Source of the DNA: a bacterium
Lineage (GTDB): Bacteria > Krumholzibacteriota > Krumholzibacteriia > LZORAL124-64-63
Length of the DNA: 64,000 nucleotides
Direction: 5' to 3'
Assembly: GCA_031441465.1 (NCBI GenBank)
Contig: JANOEP010000027.1
Location: 13,572 to 77,571 of the forward strand
How positions within the stretch are numbered: position 1 is the first letter of the stretch; each line of letters opens with the position of its first letter. The notes under the pieces were generated by a model. That model was not told where the DNA came from and ran no database searches. It worked only from the letters and a program-made list of their open reading frames with translations. This document shows positions 9,813 to 19,897 of this stretch, one piece after another. Both the position numbers and the translations under genes were made by a program.

Positions 9813-9847
9813 AGGGGCTCCGCCGCGGCGGAGCCCCTGTTTCGTTT
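9813..9847 (+). terminator. Intrinsic terminator after etfA
   Basis: AGGGGCTCCGCC-GC-GGCGGAGCCCCT followed by GTTTCGTTT. Confidence 0.7.
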
Positions 9848-9868
9848 CCCGTCTGTCGTCCGGAGCGA

Positions 9869-11365
9869 TCAGCCCGCGATCGCGTTGCGCACGGGCCGCA
9901 GACCGACGTTGATCACGCCGGCGGCGGGGTACATGGCGGTGCGGCGGGCGCTGCGGCAGCCGTGGGCCGGGCTCGAGTAGGTGCCGCCGCGGGTGACCCG
10001 CAGCATGCCGTCGCCGACGACCAGGGGATCGGTCGCCGGTCCCGGGGCGTACGGAGCGGAGACGTCCTGGCACCATTCGGCCAGATTGCCGTGCATGTCG
10101 TAGAGGCCCCAGGCGCTGGGCAGCTTCTGCTCCACGCGCATGACCACGGGCATGCAACTCCAGCCGATCAGGTCGAGGTTCGGGTCGACGCACTCCGGAT
10201 TCAGCAACGGCCCGTTGGCGAAGGCCGTGGTCGAGCCCGCCCGGCAGAGGTATTCCCACTCGGCTTCGGTGGGCAGCCGGTAGCCCTGCGTGTCGACCTG
10301 ATTCCCGGCGGCGAGCGTCCAGGTGGCGTGATCGTAGGCGCGCGGGAGCCCCTGACGCAGGTTGCGCCAGTCGCAATAGGCGGCCGCGCCGTACCAGTTG
10401 ACGCCGCCGATGGGGTAGGTCGCGAAGTCGGCGTTCAGGATCCGGAACGAGTCCGCCAGGGCGGAGAACGACAGCGTCGTGGCGTTGAGGTTCAGCAACT
10501 CGGTCTCGGAACCGTCGAGGTTGTCGTACACGTGGTAACCCAGGACTTCGTCGATGGTCAGCGTGTCGACGCGGCAATGCCCCTGATGGTAGGCCCAGTT
10601 CAACTGCGTGCGGAACGCCTCGCGCGTGATCTCGCTTCTGGCGGCGAAGAGGCCGCGGGACAGGGTGACCTGGCGTTGGCTTTCTTCCGCGCGACGGCCC
10701 CATTCGCCCTCGGGGCTGCCCATGGTGAACGCGCCGTCGGGCACGAACCGGTACCCGGTCGGCGCCGGCAGGTCCTGGCGGTAGACGCCCGCGAAGGTCG
10801 TGACGCCTCCGAAAACTTCCAGCGTCTGAGGGGTGAGGACGGGCAGCCACCAGCCGCTGCGCGTCTCCCACGCCAGCGTGTACACGCCGGAGTCGAGAGC
10901 GTCGAGGGTCAGGTCCCCCGCACCGGTCAGCCGGTAACCGTCGGGCCCGTTCAGAACCCAGGCCGAACCGGCATCGTCGGGGGTGGCGTCGATCATGATC
11001 GTGCTCGGCAGGTTCTCCCGGTAGAGACCGGCGAATTCCAAGCTGCCGCCGGCTTCGAGCTTGAGGGTCACCGTCGTCGGGGACGGGCGGACCCAGCCCG
11101 CGACGGCGCCCCAGGTCAGCGTGTAGTTGCCCAGGGATTGCGACGTGAACGTGCGCGCCCCGGTCCCGCTCTCGTTGAAACCGCCGGGGCCGCGCAGCGT
11201 CCAGGAGATGCCGAGGGTCGTCGGGCCCGGGGTGACGACCACGGTGCCGGACGTGGGGGGAGCGGTGGACGAGCCGCCGTCGTCTTCGCCGCAGCCCGCG
11301 CCGAAGGCCAGGGTGGCGGCGAGCGCGGCGCAGGCGAGGATCGGGTGTCGCTGCTGGAACATCAT
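9869..11365 (-). CDS. Lipoprotein with two tandem beta-sandwich repeats and a C-terminal FGE/SUMF1 (formylglycine-generating enzyme-like) domain
   Basis: Lipobox-like AFGAGC; two ~80-aa repeats (WTLRGPGG...GNYTLTW / WVLNGPDG...GVYTLAW); FTMGSP, YRLPTEAEWEY, WGLYDMHGNLAEW, RVTRGG. Confidence 0.85.
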   Translation of the reverse strand: MMFQQRHPILACAALAATLAFGAGCGEDDGGSSTAPPTSGTVVVTPGPTTLGISWTLRGPGGFNESGTGARTFTSQSLGNYTLTWGAVAGWVRPSPTTVTLKLEAGGSLEFAGLYRENLPSTIMIDATPDDAGSAWVLNGPDGYRLTGAGDLTLDALDSGVYTLAWETRSGWWLPVLTPQTLEVFGGVTTFAGVYRQDLPAPTGYRFVPDGAFTMGSPEGEWGRRAEESQRQVTLSRGLFAARSEITREAFRTQLNWAYHQGHCRVDTLTIDEVLGYHVYDNLDGSETELLNLNATTLSFSALADSFRILNADFATYPIGGVNWYGAAAYCDWRNLRQGLPRAYDHATWTLAAGNQVDTQGYRLPTEAEWEYLCRAGSTTAFANGPLLNPECVDPNLDLIGWSCMPVVMRVEQKLPSAWGLYDMHGNLAEWCQDVSAPYAPGPATDPLVVGDGMLRVTRGGTYSSPAHGCRSARRTAMYPAAGVINVGLRPVRNAIAG

Positions 11366-11487
11366 CGACCTCGGAGGGGTGGAGTGAGCGGAAGCGGCGG
11401 CGAACACCCATGCCGGACGGCGCGCGCCCCGTCTAATGTAGGGTCCGGCCTTCGCCAGCGTCAAGCGGGGAAGCGCCCCCTGCGGCC

Positions 11488-12534
11488 TCAGGCGCCCAAT
11501 TGCCTCTGGGCGGCGGCCACCGCCGTCTGGGCCTCGTCGACCAGCTGCTGGAGGATCTCGCGCAGGGGCTGCGTGCGGGTCACCAGGCCGACCGACTGGC
11601 CGGCCATGAGCGAACCGCGAACGACGTCGCCGTCCACCGCGCCCTCGCGCAGGGAACCGACCCAGTACTTCTCCACCTCGAATTGGGCGTCCTGGCGGGT
11701 CATTTCCCCCGCTTCCACCTGGCGCAGCAGGTCGAGCTGCAGCTCGCCGAATCGCTGCATCGCCGAATTGTTCAGGGCGCGCACCGCGACCACCGGCAGC
11801 TTCGACGAGTACTGGGGCGTGGCGATCGCCTCGCGGGAGCGGGCCTTGATGAAGGCCTGCTTGAACGCCGGGTGTGCGAGGCACTCGTCGGCGACGACGA
11901 AGCGGGTGCCGAGCTGGGCGCCGGCCGCGCCCATCAGGCAGAGGTGCCCGATCATGCGGCCGTCCGCGATGCCGCCGGCGACGAAGATCGGCAACCGATC
12001 CGCGAACGGGAACAGGACCTCCTGCAACAGCACCGAGGTCGAAACGTGACCGATGTGGCCGCCCGCCTCGCTGCCCTCCAGGATGAGCGCGTCGGCCCCG
12101 TAGTCGATCATGCGTTCGGCGATGGAGCCCGCCGAGGCGAAGCAGATCACCTTCGCGCCGCTCGCGCGGGCCTGTTCGACCTCGCTCTGGCGCGGGATCG
12201 AACCGGCGAAGAAGATGTGGCTGAGATTCTTCTCGCAGCAGATGTCCAGGTGGGCCCGGTAGTTCGGCGCGATGACGATGATGTTGGCGCCGAAGGGCCG
12301 GTCGGTCAGGGCGCGGGTGCCGTCGATCGAGGCCGCGAAGAGTTCGGGAGGCATGTTGCCGCCGGCGAGCGAGGCGAAACCGCCCAGGTTGCTGAACGTC
12401 GCGACGAGGTGCGGGTCGGAGATCCAGGTCATGGCGCCGCACATGATCGGCACGTGGGAGCCGAAAAAGTCGGCGCCGCGTCGCCAAAGACGGTCCAGTA
12501 GGGGAGTCGTGCGCACGGGATCGTAGCCGGCCAT
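11488..12534 (-). CDS. Nitronate monooxygenase / FabK-type enoyl-ACP reductase family flavoprotein
   Basis: PIMCGAMTWIS, RPFGANI, EGSEAGGHIG, VAGGIADG, GAQLGTRF, GSLMAGQSVG; RBS GGAGG. Confidence 0.85.
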   Translation of the reverse strand: MAGYDPVRTTPLLDRLWRRGADFFGSHVPIMCGAMTWISDPHLVATFSNLGGFASLAGGNMPPELFAASIDGTRALTDRPFGANIIVIAPNYRAHLDICCEKNLSHIFFAGSIPRQSEVEQARASGAKVICFASAGSIAERMIDYGADALILEGSEAGGHIGHVSTSVLLQEVLFPFADRLPIFVAGGIADGRMIGHLCLMGAAGAQLGTRFVVADECLAHPAFKQAFIKARSREAIATPQYSSKLPVVAVRALNNSAMQRFGELQLDLLRQVEAGEMTRQDAQFEVEKYWVGSLREGAVDGDVVRGSLMAGQSVGLVTRTQPLREILQQLVDEAQTAVAAAQRQLGA

Positions 12535-12679
12535 CGTCGCCTCCATCGCTCGGGAATCCGCGTCGGCGTCCCGGCGGTCCGGGGCAGCCGACGTCAACGA
12601 TATCTTACCGCACATGTCTGGTTTGGCAAGTTCCGACGTCGGCGAGCGCGGTCCGACGAGGGCGGCGGGCCCGTCCGGC

Positions 12680-14689
12680 TCAATCCTCCAGCTGGCGTTC
12701 GATCATTTCGGCCAGGTCCAGGGCGCGCAGGGTCTCCTCGCGTCCGGTCTCCTTGATACCGTCGTCGATCATCGTCAGGCAGAACGGGCAGGCGGTGCAG
12801 ACCTCCGCGGCCCCGGTGCCGGCCGCCTCGTCGACCCGGTTCTGGTTGATGCGCGTGCCCAGGGACTCCTCCATGAACATCCGGGCCCCGCCGGCGCCGC
12901 AGCAGAAGCCGTCGCGGCGGCTGCGGGCCATCTCGACGCGTTCGAGGCCCAGGGCGTCGACGAGGTCGCGAGGCGCGTCGTAGACGTCGTTGTGCCGGCC
13001 GAGGTAGCAGGAGTCGTGGTAGGTGACCCGCGCGCGCCCCCCCTCCTTCAGCCGCAGCCGCCCCTGCGTCACGAGGTCCTGCAGCAGCTCGGAATGGTGC
13101 AGCACACGCGACGCGGACCAGTCGAACTGGGGGTACTCGTTGCGGATCATGTTGAAGCAGTGCGGGCAGGCCGTGACCACAGCGCCGACGTCGTAGCGGG
13201 CGAACGTCTCGATGTTGCGCCGCGCCTGCGCCTGGAAAAGATACTCGTGACCGGCGCGGCGGGCCGGATCGCCGCAGCAGCCCTCTTCGGTGCCCAGCAC
13301 GGCGTAGTCCACGCCGGCGCGGTTCAGCAGACGGCACACGGCGCGCAGGACGTCCTTGTTGCGCTCGTCGTAGGCGCCGGCGCATCCCACGAAGAGCAGG
13401 TAATCGGCGCGGCCCCGGTCGCGCAGACGCGGCACCGGCAGGTCGCCGATCCAGTCCTCTCGGGCGGCGGCGCCGACGTTCCAGGGGTTCGAATTGTTTT
13501 CGAGGCCGCGCAGCGCCGACTGGAACTCCGGCGGCATGGCCGAGTCCATCATCATGCGGTGGCGGCGCAGGTCCACGATGTGGTCGACGTGCTCGATGGC
13601 GACCGGGCAGACCGTCTGGCAGTAGCCGCAGGTGGTGCAGCCCCACAGCACGTCGTCGGGGATCACGACGCCGGCGAGAGCCGGACGATCGAGCGCGGCC
13701 GAAACGGCGGCCGCCTCCGCGTCGCGTCCCTGGTGCTTCAGCTTGCCGACCTGGCGCAGGCCGTCGGCGACGGCCAGCAGGTGGTCGCGCTGGTCGGTGA
13801 TGAGTTCCCGCGGGCGCAGCGGCTTGCCGGTGGTGGCCGTGGGGCAGTGCTCCGTGCAGCGCCCGCACTCGGTGCAGGAGTACATGTCCAGCAGGCGCCG
13901 CCAGGAGTAGTCTTCCAGCTTCCCGACGCCGAAGACCTCGCGGCCCTCGAAGTCCAGGCGCGCCGGCGCGCCCGGTGGCCCCAGTTTCATCGTGAACACG
14001 TTGGGCAGGGCCGTCAGCACGTGGAAGTGCTTGCCAAAGGGCAGAAAATTCAGGAACGCCAGCACCAGGACCAGGTGCGACCAGAACAGCCAGTCCAGCC
14101 ACGCCCGCGCGTCCGACGCCGGGACGCCCGCGAACAGACCCGACAGCGCGGTGCCCACGAAGGACCAACCGGCCTCGGGGTGGTCCGGCCGCAGGGCGAA
14201 CAGGACCGCGTCGCCGAGCAGGTCGGTGACCATCAGCGCGGCGATCCAGGCCAGGATCAGCACGCCCTCGGCGCTGAAGTGCAGGCGCCGGGGCCGCAGC
14301 ACCAGCCGGCGCCAGGCCGCGAAGCCCACGGCGGCCAGCACCACCAACTCGAACACGTCCTTCAACGCCGCGTAGGCCCCGCCGAGCGGGCCGTCGAAGC
14401 CCGGCAACTGGAAGTCGGGGCTGAAACCGCGGCCGCACAGCGTGATCGTGCGCAGGGACACCACCAGGAAGCCCGAAAAGATGCCCACGTGCATCCAGCC
14501 CGCGCCCCGCTCGTAGAGCAGCCGCCGTTGGCCGAAGCCGATGGCGAACAGACGCCGCAGGCGCTCGCCAACGCGGTCGCGGCGGTTGTCGGGCGCGGCG
14601 GCCCGCAGCAGCCAGGCCCGGTCCGCGATGGTGTTCGCGAACATGGCCAGCGCCGCCAACAGCAGCACGAAAGTCAGTACGGGGTTCAT
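12680..14689 (-). CDS. Membrane-bound Fe-S oxidoreductase (FadF/DUF224-like: TM domain + 2x[4Fe-4S] + two CCG domains)
   Basis: N-terminal TM helices with His residues, [58 protein letters not shown]. Confidence 0.9.
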   Translation of the reverse strand: MNPVLTFVLLLAALAMFANTIADRAWLLRAAAPDNRRDRVGERLRRLFAIGFGQRRLLYERGAGWMHVGIFSGFLVVSLRTITLCGRGFSPDFQLPGFDGPLGGAYAALKDVFELVVLAAVGFAAWRRLVLRPRRLHFSAEGVLILAWIAALMVTDLLGDAVLFALRPDHPEAGWSFVGTALSGLFAGVPASDARAWLDWLFWSHLVLVLAFLNFLPFGKHFHVLTALPNVFTMKLGPPGAPARLDFEGREVFGVGKLEDYSWRRLLDMYSCTECGRCTEHCPTATTGKPLRPRELITDQRDHLLAVADGLRQVGKLKHQGRDAEAAAVSAALDRPALAGVVIPDDVLWGCTTCGYCQTVCPVAIEHVDHIVDLRRHRMMMDSAMPPEFQSALRGLENNSNPWNVGAAAREDWIGDLPVPRLRDRGRADYLLFVGCAGAYDERNKDVLRAVCRLLNRAGVDYAVLGTEEGCCGDPARRAGHEYLFQAQARRNIETFARYDVGAVVTACPHCFNMIRNEYPQFDWSASRVLHHSELLQDLVTQGRLRLKEGGRARVTYHDSCYLGRHNDVYDAPRDLVDALGLERVEMARSRRDGFCCGAGGARMFMEESLGTRINQNRVDEAAGTGAAEVCTACPFCLTMIDDGIKETGREETLRALDLAEMIERQLED

Positions 14690-14926
14690 GGCCGTCCTCG
14701 CGGATCGGGATTCGTGACGTCGCGGCGAAGATAGCAACCGCGGTCGGGTCGGGGTATCGAAATCCGCAAGCGCGCCCGCCACCCTGGGGGTGGACACCGG
14801 GGACGGTCCTCGGTACATTCTGCGGGTTCCGCGACGACGTCGTTGGGGCGCCGGGAGCGAGTCCCGGTTTTCCTGGCGGGATCCGCGTTTTCGACTGCGG
14901 ATTCCGGCATATCCGGAGGGACGTCC

Positions 14927-15367
14927 ATGGACCACAACCGCACCGACGACTTCGACCCCACTCCCGGTGACGACGCCGTCCGGAAGCTCCTGCTCGGCAT
15001 GCGCCGGGTGGCCGTGGTCGGCATCTCCGAGAATCCCGAGCGGGCCAGCCACGGCATCGCCCGCTTCCTGATCGGCAAGGGTCTCGAGGTCGTGGGCGTC
15101 AACCCCCAACTGCGGGAAGTGCTGGGCGTGCCCGTCTACCTCTCGCTGGCCGACGTGCCCGGGACGATCGACGTGGTCGACGTCTTCCGCCGCAGCGAAG
15201 CCGTCCCCTCCATCGTGGACGAGGCCATCGCCGCCGGCGCGCGCGCCGTCTGGCTGCAGGAGGGCGTGGTCCACGCCGAGGCGTCCCGCAAGGCGATCGC
15301 CGCGGGACTCGTGGTCGTCGCGAACCGTTGCATCTACAAGGAATGGCTGCGCCTGGCCAACGCTTGA
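14927..15367 (+). CDS. CoA-binding protein (YccU-like)
   Basis: [36 protein letters not shown]. Confidence 0.9.
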   Translation: MDHNRTDDFDPTPGDDAVRKLLLGMRRVAVVGISENPERASHGIARFLIGKGLEVVGVNPQLREVLGVPVYLSLADVPGTIDVVDVFRRSEAVPSIVDEAIAAGARAVWLQEGVVHAEASRKAIAAGLVVVANRCIYKEWLRLANA

Positions 15368-15400
15368 GTCCAGGCCGGGAGGGATCGCGGAGGTGCCTCG

Positions 15401-16369
15401 ATGAAGAAAGTGCTGATCACGGGCGTGACCGGGTTCGTCGGCTCCCATCTGGCGGAGCACCTGCTCGCCGAGGGCGGCCACGAGGTTCACGGCCTGAAAC
15501 GCTGGCGGAGCCGGCTGGACAACATCGCCCATTTCGAGGACCGGCTCGTCCTGCACGACGGCGACATCACCGACGCGCGCAGCCTGCGCGAGGTGGTGGC
15601 CGCCGTCGCCCCCGACCAGGTCTACCACCTCGCGGCCCAGTCCTACGTGCCGGCGAGCTGGCGGGAGCCGGACTCCACGCTGACGACCAACGTGCGCGGG
15701 CAGCTGAACCTGTTCGAGGCCGTGCTGCAGGCGGGCCGGCCCTGCAGGATCCAGATCGCCGGCAGCAGCGAGGAATACGGCCTGGTCCACCCCGGCGAGC
15801 TGCCCATCACCGAGGACAACCCGTTGCGCCCGCTCAGCCCGTACGCGGTGAGCAAGGTGACCCAGGACCTGCTGGCTTGGCAGTACCACCGCAGCCACGG
15901 GCTGGACGTGGTGCGCACCCGCGGCTTCAACCACACCGGCCCGCGGCGCGGCGAAGTCTTCGTCAGCAGCGATTTCGCCCGACAGATCGCGCTGATCGAA
16001 GCGGGCCGGCGCGCACCCGTGATCCACGTCGGCAACCTCGAAGCCAGCCGCGACTTCACCGACGTGCGCGACATGGTGCGCGCCTACCGTCTCGCCCTCG
16101 AGCTGGGCGAATCCGGCGCCGTGTACAACGTCTGCTCGGGCGTCGCGGTGACCATCCGCGAACTGCTGGACCGGTTGTTGGCGATGTCACGCGTCTCGGT
16201 CCGCGTGGAACAGGATCCCGCCCGCATGCGCCCGTCCGACGTGCTGGTCCTGGCCGGGTCGGCGGCCCGCTTCCGCGACCGCACGGGCTGGGAGCCGGTC
16301 ATCCCCTTCGAGCGGACCCTCGCCGACCTGCTCGACTACTGGCGTACCCGGATCGGCGCGGGCGCCTGA
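15401..16369 (+). CDS. GDP-mannose 4,6-dehydratase / GDP-4-keto-6-deoxymannose reductase-like SDR
   Basis: [56 protein letters not shown]. Confidence 0.88.
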   Translation: MKKVLITGVTGFVGSHLAEHLLAEGGHEVHGLKRWRSRLDNIAHFEDRLVLHDGDITDARSLREVVAAVAPDQVYHLAAQSYVPASWREPDSTLTTNVRGQLNLFEAVLQAGRPCRIQIAGSSEEYGLVHPGELPITEDNPLRPLSPYAVSKVTQDLLAWQYHRSHGLDVVRTRGFNHTGPRRGEVFVSSDFARQIALIEAGRRAPVIHVGNLEASRDFTDVRDMVRAYRLALELGESGAVYNVCSGVAVTIRELLDRLLAMSRVSVRVEQDPARMRPSDVLVLAGSAARFRDRTGWEPVIPFERTLADLLDYWRTRIGAGA

Positions 16370-17385
16370 TGGCCGGCCGCAACCCCGCCTCGGACCTGGT
16401 CCTAGTCACCGGCGCCACGGGCTTCGTCGGCCAGTGGCTCCTGGAGGAACTGCTCGAGAACGGCGCCGCTGTCGCGGGGACCGGTTTGCCGGCCGCCGAC
16501 GGGAGCTCTCCCCGTTTGAGTCGTCACGTCCGTGAAGGCGAGGCCCGCTACCGCTGCCAGGCCGGCGTCTGGCATTTCTCGCCCCTGGACGTGACCGACG
16601 GCGCGGCGGTCGCCAGGGCGCTCGCCGCGCTGCGGCCCGCCACGGTCTACCACCTGGCGGCGCAGAGCTCCGCCGGGCTCTCCTTCCAGGACCCCCACGG
16701 CACCTTCGCCGTGAACGTCGGCGGTACGCTCAACCTGCTCGAGGCGATCCGCGCCCTGCCCGCGGCGGCACGGCCGCGCCTGCTGGTCGTGGGTTCGGCC
16801 GACGAGTACGGCGCGCCGGAACAGCCCCTGCCCCTGACCGAGCGCGCACCGCTGCGGCCGCTGTCGCCCTACGGGTCGAGCAAGGCGGCCGCCACGCTGC
16901 TGTGCCGGCAGTACCACGCGGCCCACGGCCTGCCGGTGATCGTCGCGCGACCGTTCAGCCACACCGGGCCGGGCCAGTCGGTGAACTTCGCTTTCCCCTC
17001 GTGGGCGCGGCAGCTCGCGACCGCGGCGAGGACGGGCGGCGTGGCCGAGATCCTGGTCGGGGACCTGCGCCCGCACCGGGACTACCTCCACGTCCGCGAC
17101 GTCGTGCGGGCCTACCGCCTGCTGGCGGAACGGGGACTGCCGGGCCAGGTCTACAACGTGGCCTCCGGCGCCGGGACCACCCTGCAGAACGCTCTGGACA
17201 TCTTGTGCCGGGCGTCGGAACTTGGCGTCCGAGTCCGGACCGATCCGGACCGTTTGCGACCCGCCGACATCCCCCACCTGGTGGGCGACGCCGCCAAGCT
17301 GCGCGCCGCCACGGGCTGGGTGCCGAAACTGGACCTGGAAACCGCACTGCGCGACCTGCTGCAGTGGATGAGGGAGCAGCCATGA
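16369..17385 (+). CDS. Second GMD/RMD-like NAD(P)-dependent epimerase/dehydratase
   Basis: TGATG overlap with the previous gene; VTGATGFVG, YHLAAQSS, GSADEYG, SPYGSSK, FSHTGPGQ. Confidence 0.85.
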   Translation: MAGRNPASDLVLVTGATGFVGQWLLEELLENGAAVAGTGLPAADGSSPRLSRHVREGEARYRCQAGVWHFSPLDVTDGAAVARALAALRPATVYHLAAQSSAGLSFQDPHGTFAVNVGGTLNLLEAIRALPAAARPRLLVVGSADEYGAPEQPLPLTERAPLRPLSPYGSSKAAATLLCRQYHAAHGLPVIVARPFSHTGPGQSVNFAFPSWARQLATAARTGGVAEILVGDLRPHRDYLHVRDVVRAYRLLAERGLPGQVYNVASGAGTTLQNALDILCRASELGVRVRTDPDRLRPADIPHLVGDAAKLRAATGWVPKLDLETALRDLLQWMREQP

Positions 17386-18692
17386 GCCGCATCTGCATGA
17401 TCGGAACCGGATACGTGGGCCTCGTTTCGGGAGCCTGCCTGGCCGACTTCGGGCACGAGGTCTGGTGCGTCGACATCAACGACGAGCGCATCGCCGACCT
17501 GCACCGCGGCGTGATGCCGATCTACGAGCCCGGCCTCGACCGTCTCGTCGCCAAGAACGTCGCCGGCGGCCGCCTCTTCTTCACCACCTCGCTGGCCGAG
17601 GCGATGGGCAAGACCGACGTGATCTTCATCGCCGTGCAGACGCCCATGTCCGACGGCGGCGAGGCCGACCTGACCTACGTGCTCAACGTCGCGCGCGAGA
17701 TCGGGCAGTTGATGACGCGGCCCAGCGTCATCGTGACCAAGAGCACCGTCCCGGTGGGCACGTCGCGCAAGGTCAAGGCGGCCATCCTGGAATCCCAGAA
17801 ACTGCCGGTGGACTTCGATCTGGCCAGCAACCCGGAATTCCTGCGCGAGGGGTCGAGCATCGAGGACTTCATGCGCCCGGACCGCGTCGTGGTCGGCACC
17901 GATTCGGCCCGCGGCGAGAAGGTCATGCGCGAGATCTACCGGCCGCTCTACCTGCTGGAAACCCCGATCCTCGTCTGCGACATCGAATCCGCGGAGCTGA
18001 TCAAGTACGCCAGCAACGCCTTCCTGGCGGTCAAGATCTCCTACATCAACGAGATCTCCGCGCTGGCCGACCGCGTGGGCGCCGACGTCTCGCTGGTGGC
18101 CAAGGCCATGGGCCTCGACAAGCGCATCGGGCCGAAATTCCTGCACGCCGGACTGGGCTTCGGCGGTTCGTGCCTGCCCAAGGACACCAACGCCATCGTC
18201 CACATCGCCGAACAGGCCGGCACGGACATGAGCATCGTGCGCGCGGCGATCGGCGTGAACGAGCGCCTGCCCGACCTCGCCATGGCGAAGGCCCGCGAAC
18301 TGCTGCCCGAACTGAAGGGCGCGGTCGTGGCCCTGCTCGGCCTGAGCTTCAAGCCGAACACCGACGACATCCGCGACGCGCCCAGCCGCGCGCTGGTCGC
18401 CGCCCTGCAGACGGCGGGCGCCACGCTGCGCGTGCACGACCCGGTGGCCATGGACAACTTCCGCGCCGTCCACCCCTCCCTGCACTACTGCGAGGGCCCG
18501 TACGACGCCGCGGCCGGCGCCGACCTCGTGCTGCTGGTCACCGAGTGGAACGAATACCGGCAGCTCGACCTGGCGCGGCTAGGCGCCGCCATGCGCGGGC
18601 GCCGCTTCCTGGACTGCCGTAACGTCTACAACAGCGCCCTGCTGGGCGAGCAAGGCTTCGCCTACCGGTGCTTCGGGCGCCCCCGCGCCTAG
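17382..18692 (+). CDS. ugd: UDP-glucose/GDP-mannose 6-dehydrogenase
   Basis: ATGA overlap; IGTGYVGL, KSTVPVGT, NPEFLREG, IKYASNAFLA, GFGGSCLPKD, FKPNTDDIR. Confidence 0.93.
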   Translation: MSRICMIGTGYVGLVSGACLADFGHEVWCVDINDERIADLHRGVMPIYEPGLDRLVAKNVAGGRLFFTTSLAEAMGKTDVIFIAVQTPMSDGGEADLTYVLNVAREIGQLMTRPSVIVTKSTVPVGTSRKVKAAILESQKLPVDFDLASNPEFLREGSSIEDFMRPDRVVVGTDSARGEKVMREIYRPLYLLETPILVCDIESAELIKYASNAFLAVKISYINEISALADRVGADVSLVAKAMGLDKRIGPKFLHAGLGFGGSCLPKDTNAIVHIAEQAGTDMSIVRAAIGVNERLPDLAMAKARELLPELKGAVVALLGLSFKPNTDDIRDAPSRALVAALQTAGATLRVHDPVAMDNFRAVHPSLHYCEGPYDAAAGADLVLLVTEWNEYRQLDLARLGAAMRGRRFLDCRNVYNSALLGEQGFAYRCFGRPRA

Positions 18693-18732
18693 CGGCCCTG
18701 CGACCGGCCGCGGCCGGACGGGAAAGGACGAC

Positions 18733-19860
18733 ATGCACGAGAAGGACGGCCGCCGCGTCGCCCGCTACGACCTGGTGACGCCGATGCTGCCCTGCAAGCA
18801 GGAGATCCTGGCCGGCGTCGACCGCCTGCTGTCGACCGGGGAGTACATCCTGGGCCGGGAAGTGCACGCCCTCGAAAGCGAGATGGCCGCGGCCTGCGAG
18901 GTCGCCGACGCCGTCGGCGTCGCCTCCGGCTCCGCGGCCCTGTACTTGGCGCTGCAGATCGCCGGTGTCGGGCCCGGCGTCGAGGTCGTGACCACTCCCT
19001 ACACCTTCGTCGCGACCATCGAGGCGATCATCCGCCTGGGCGGCACGCCCGTGTTCGTGGACCTCGACCCGCGCACGCTCAACCTGGACCCCGACCTCGC
19101 CGCCGCGGCCGTCACCCCGCGCACCCGCGTCCTGCTGCCGGTGCACATCTTCGGCATGCCCTGCGAGATGGAACCCCTCGCCCGGACCGCGGCGCAGCAC
19201 GGTCTGGACGTCGTGGAGGACATGTGCCAGGCCTACGGTTCCCTCTACCGGGGCCGTCCCTGCGGGTCCTTCGGCCGCATGGCCTGCCTGAGCTTCTACC
19301 CGACCAAGAACCTGCCCGGCATCGGCGACGGCGGGATGATCCTCTGCCGCGACGACGACGACGCCGCCCGGCTGCGCCGCCTGCGCGGCCACGAGACGGT
19401 CCGCGTCGGGGACCGCCTGCTCTCGGGCTGGAACAGCCGACTCGACGAGATCCAGGCCCTGGTGATCCGCGTCCGCCTGGCCCGCTTCGCCGACGAGCAG
19501 GCCGACCGCGACCGCGCCGCCGCCGTCTACAACGATCTCATTCCCGAAGCCAACCGGCTCGCCGCGCCCCGGCCCGGCTCCGGCGTCCGCGTCACCCATC
19601 ATCAGTACTGGATTCGCGTACCGGATCGTGCCAGACTGGAGGCCCGCCTCCGGGAGGCCGGCGTCGACTTCGGCATCTACTACGCGCCGCCGCTGCACCG
19701 TCACGAGCTGGCCGAGTACTGCCGGATCCACGGCGCGATGACGCACGCCGAAGCCGCAGGACGGGAAGTGCTGGCCCTGCCGATCCACCAGGCGTTGCCC
19801 GAACGGGACGCCCGCCGGATCGGGGAACTGGTGCAGGAACACCTCGCGCGGACGGCCTGA
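18733..19860 (+). CDS. DegT/DnrJ/EryC1/StrS PLP-dependent sugar aminotransferase
   Basis: SGSAAL, TFVAT, PVHIFG, EDMCQAYG, SFYPTKNL, GWNSRLDEIQA. Confidence 0.92.
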   Translation: MHEKDGRRVARYDLVTPMLPCKQEILAGVDRLLSTGEYILGREVHALESEMAAACEVADAVGVASGSAALYLALQIAGVGPGVEVVTTPYTFVATIEAIIRLGGTPVFVDLDPRTLNLDPDLAAAAVTPRTRVLLPVHIFGMPCEMEPLARTAAQHGLDVVEDMCQAYGSLYRGRPCGSFGRMACLSFYPTKNLPGIGDGGMILCRDDDDAARLRRLRGHETVRVGDRLLSGWNSRLDEIQALVIRVRLARFADEQADRDRAAAVYNDLIPEANRLAAPRPGSGVRVTHHQYWIRVPDRARLEARLREAGVDFGIYYAPPLHRHELAEYCRIHGAMTHAEAAGREVLALPIHQALPERDARRIGELVQEHLARTA

Positions 19861-19897
19861 CATCGGTGCGGACCGCGACCACGGGAGAGTACGAGCG

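Noticed and set aside
9869..10050. DGR variable region at the end of the FGE-domain gene
   Set aside because: No reverse transcriptase, avd gene or template repeat seen in the window.
12680..16027. Over-long ORF calls suggesting fusions (1115-aa ORF here; also 9869-12487, 40299-43244, 60112-63354)
   Set aside because: The N-terminal extensions overlap other real genes; starts with an RBS and/or signal peptide lie downstream (14689, 11365, 41973, 61306).
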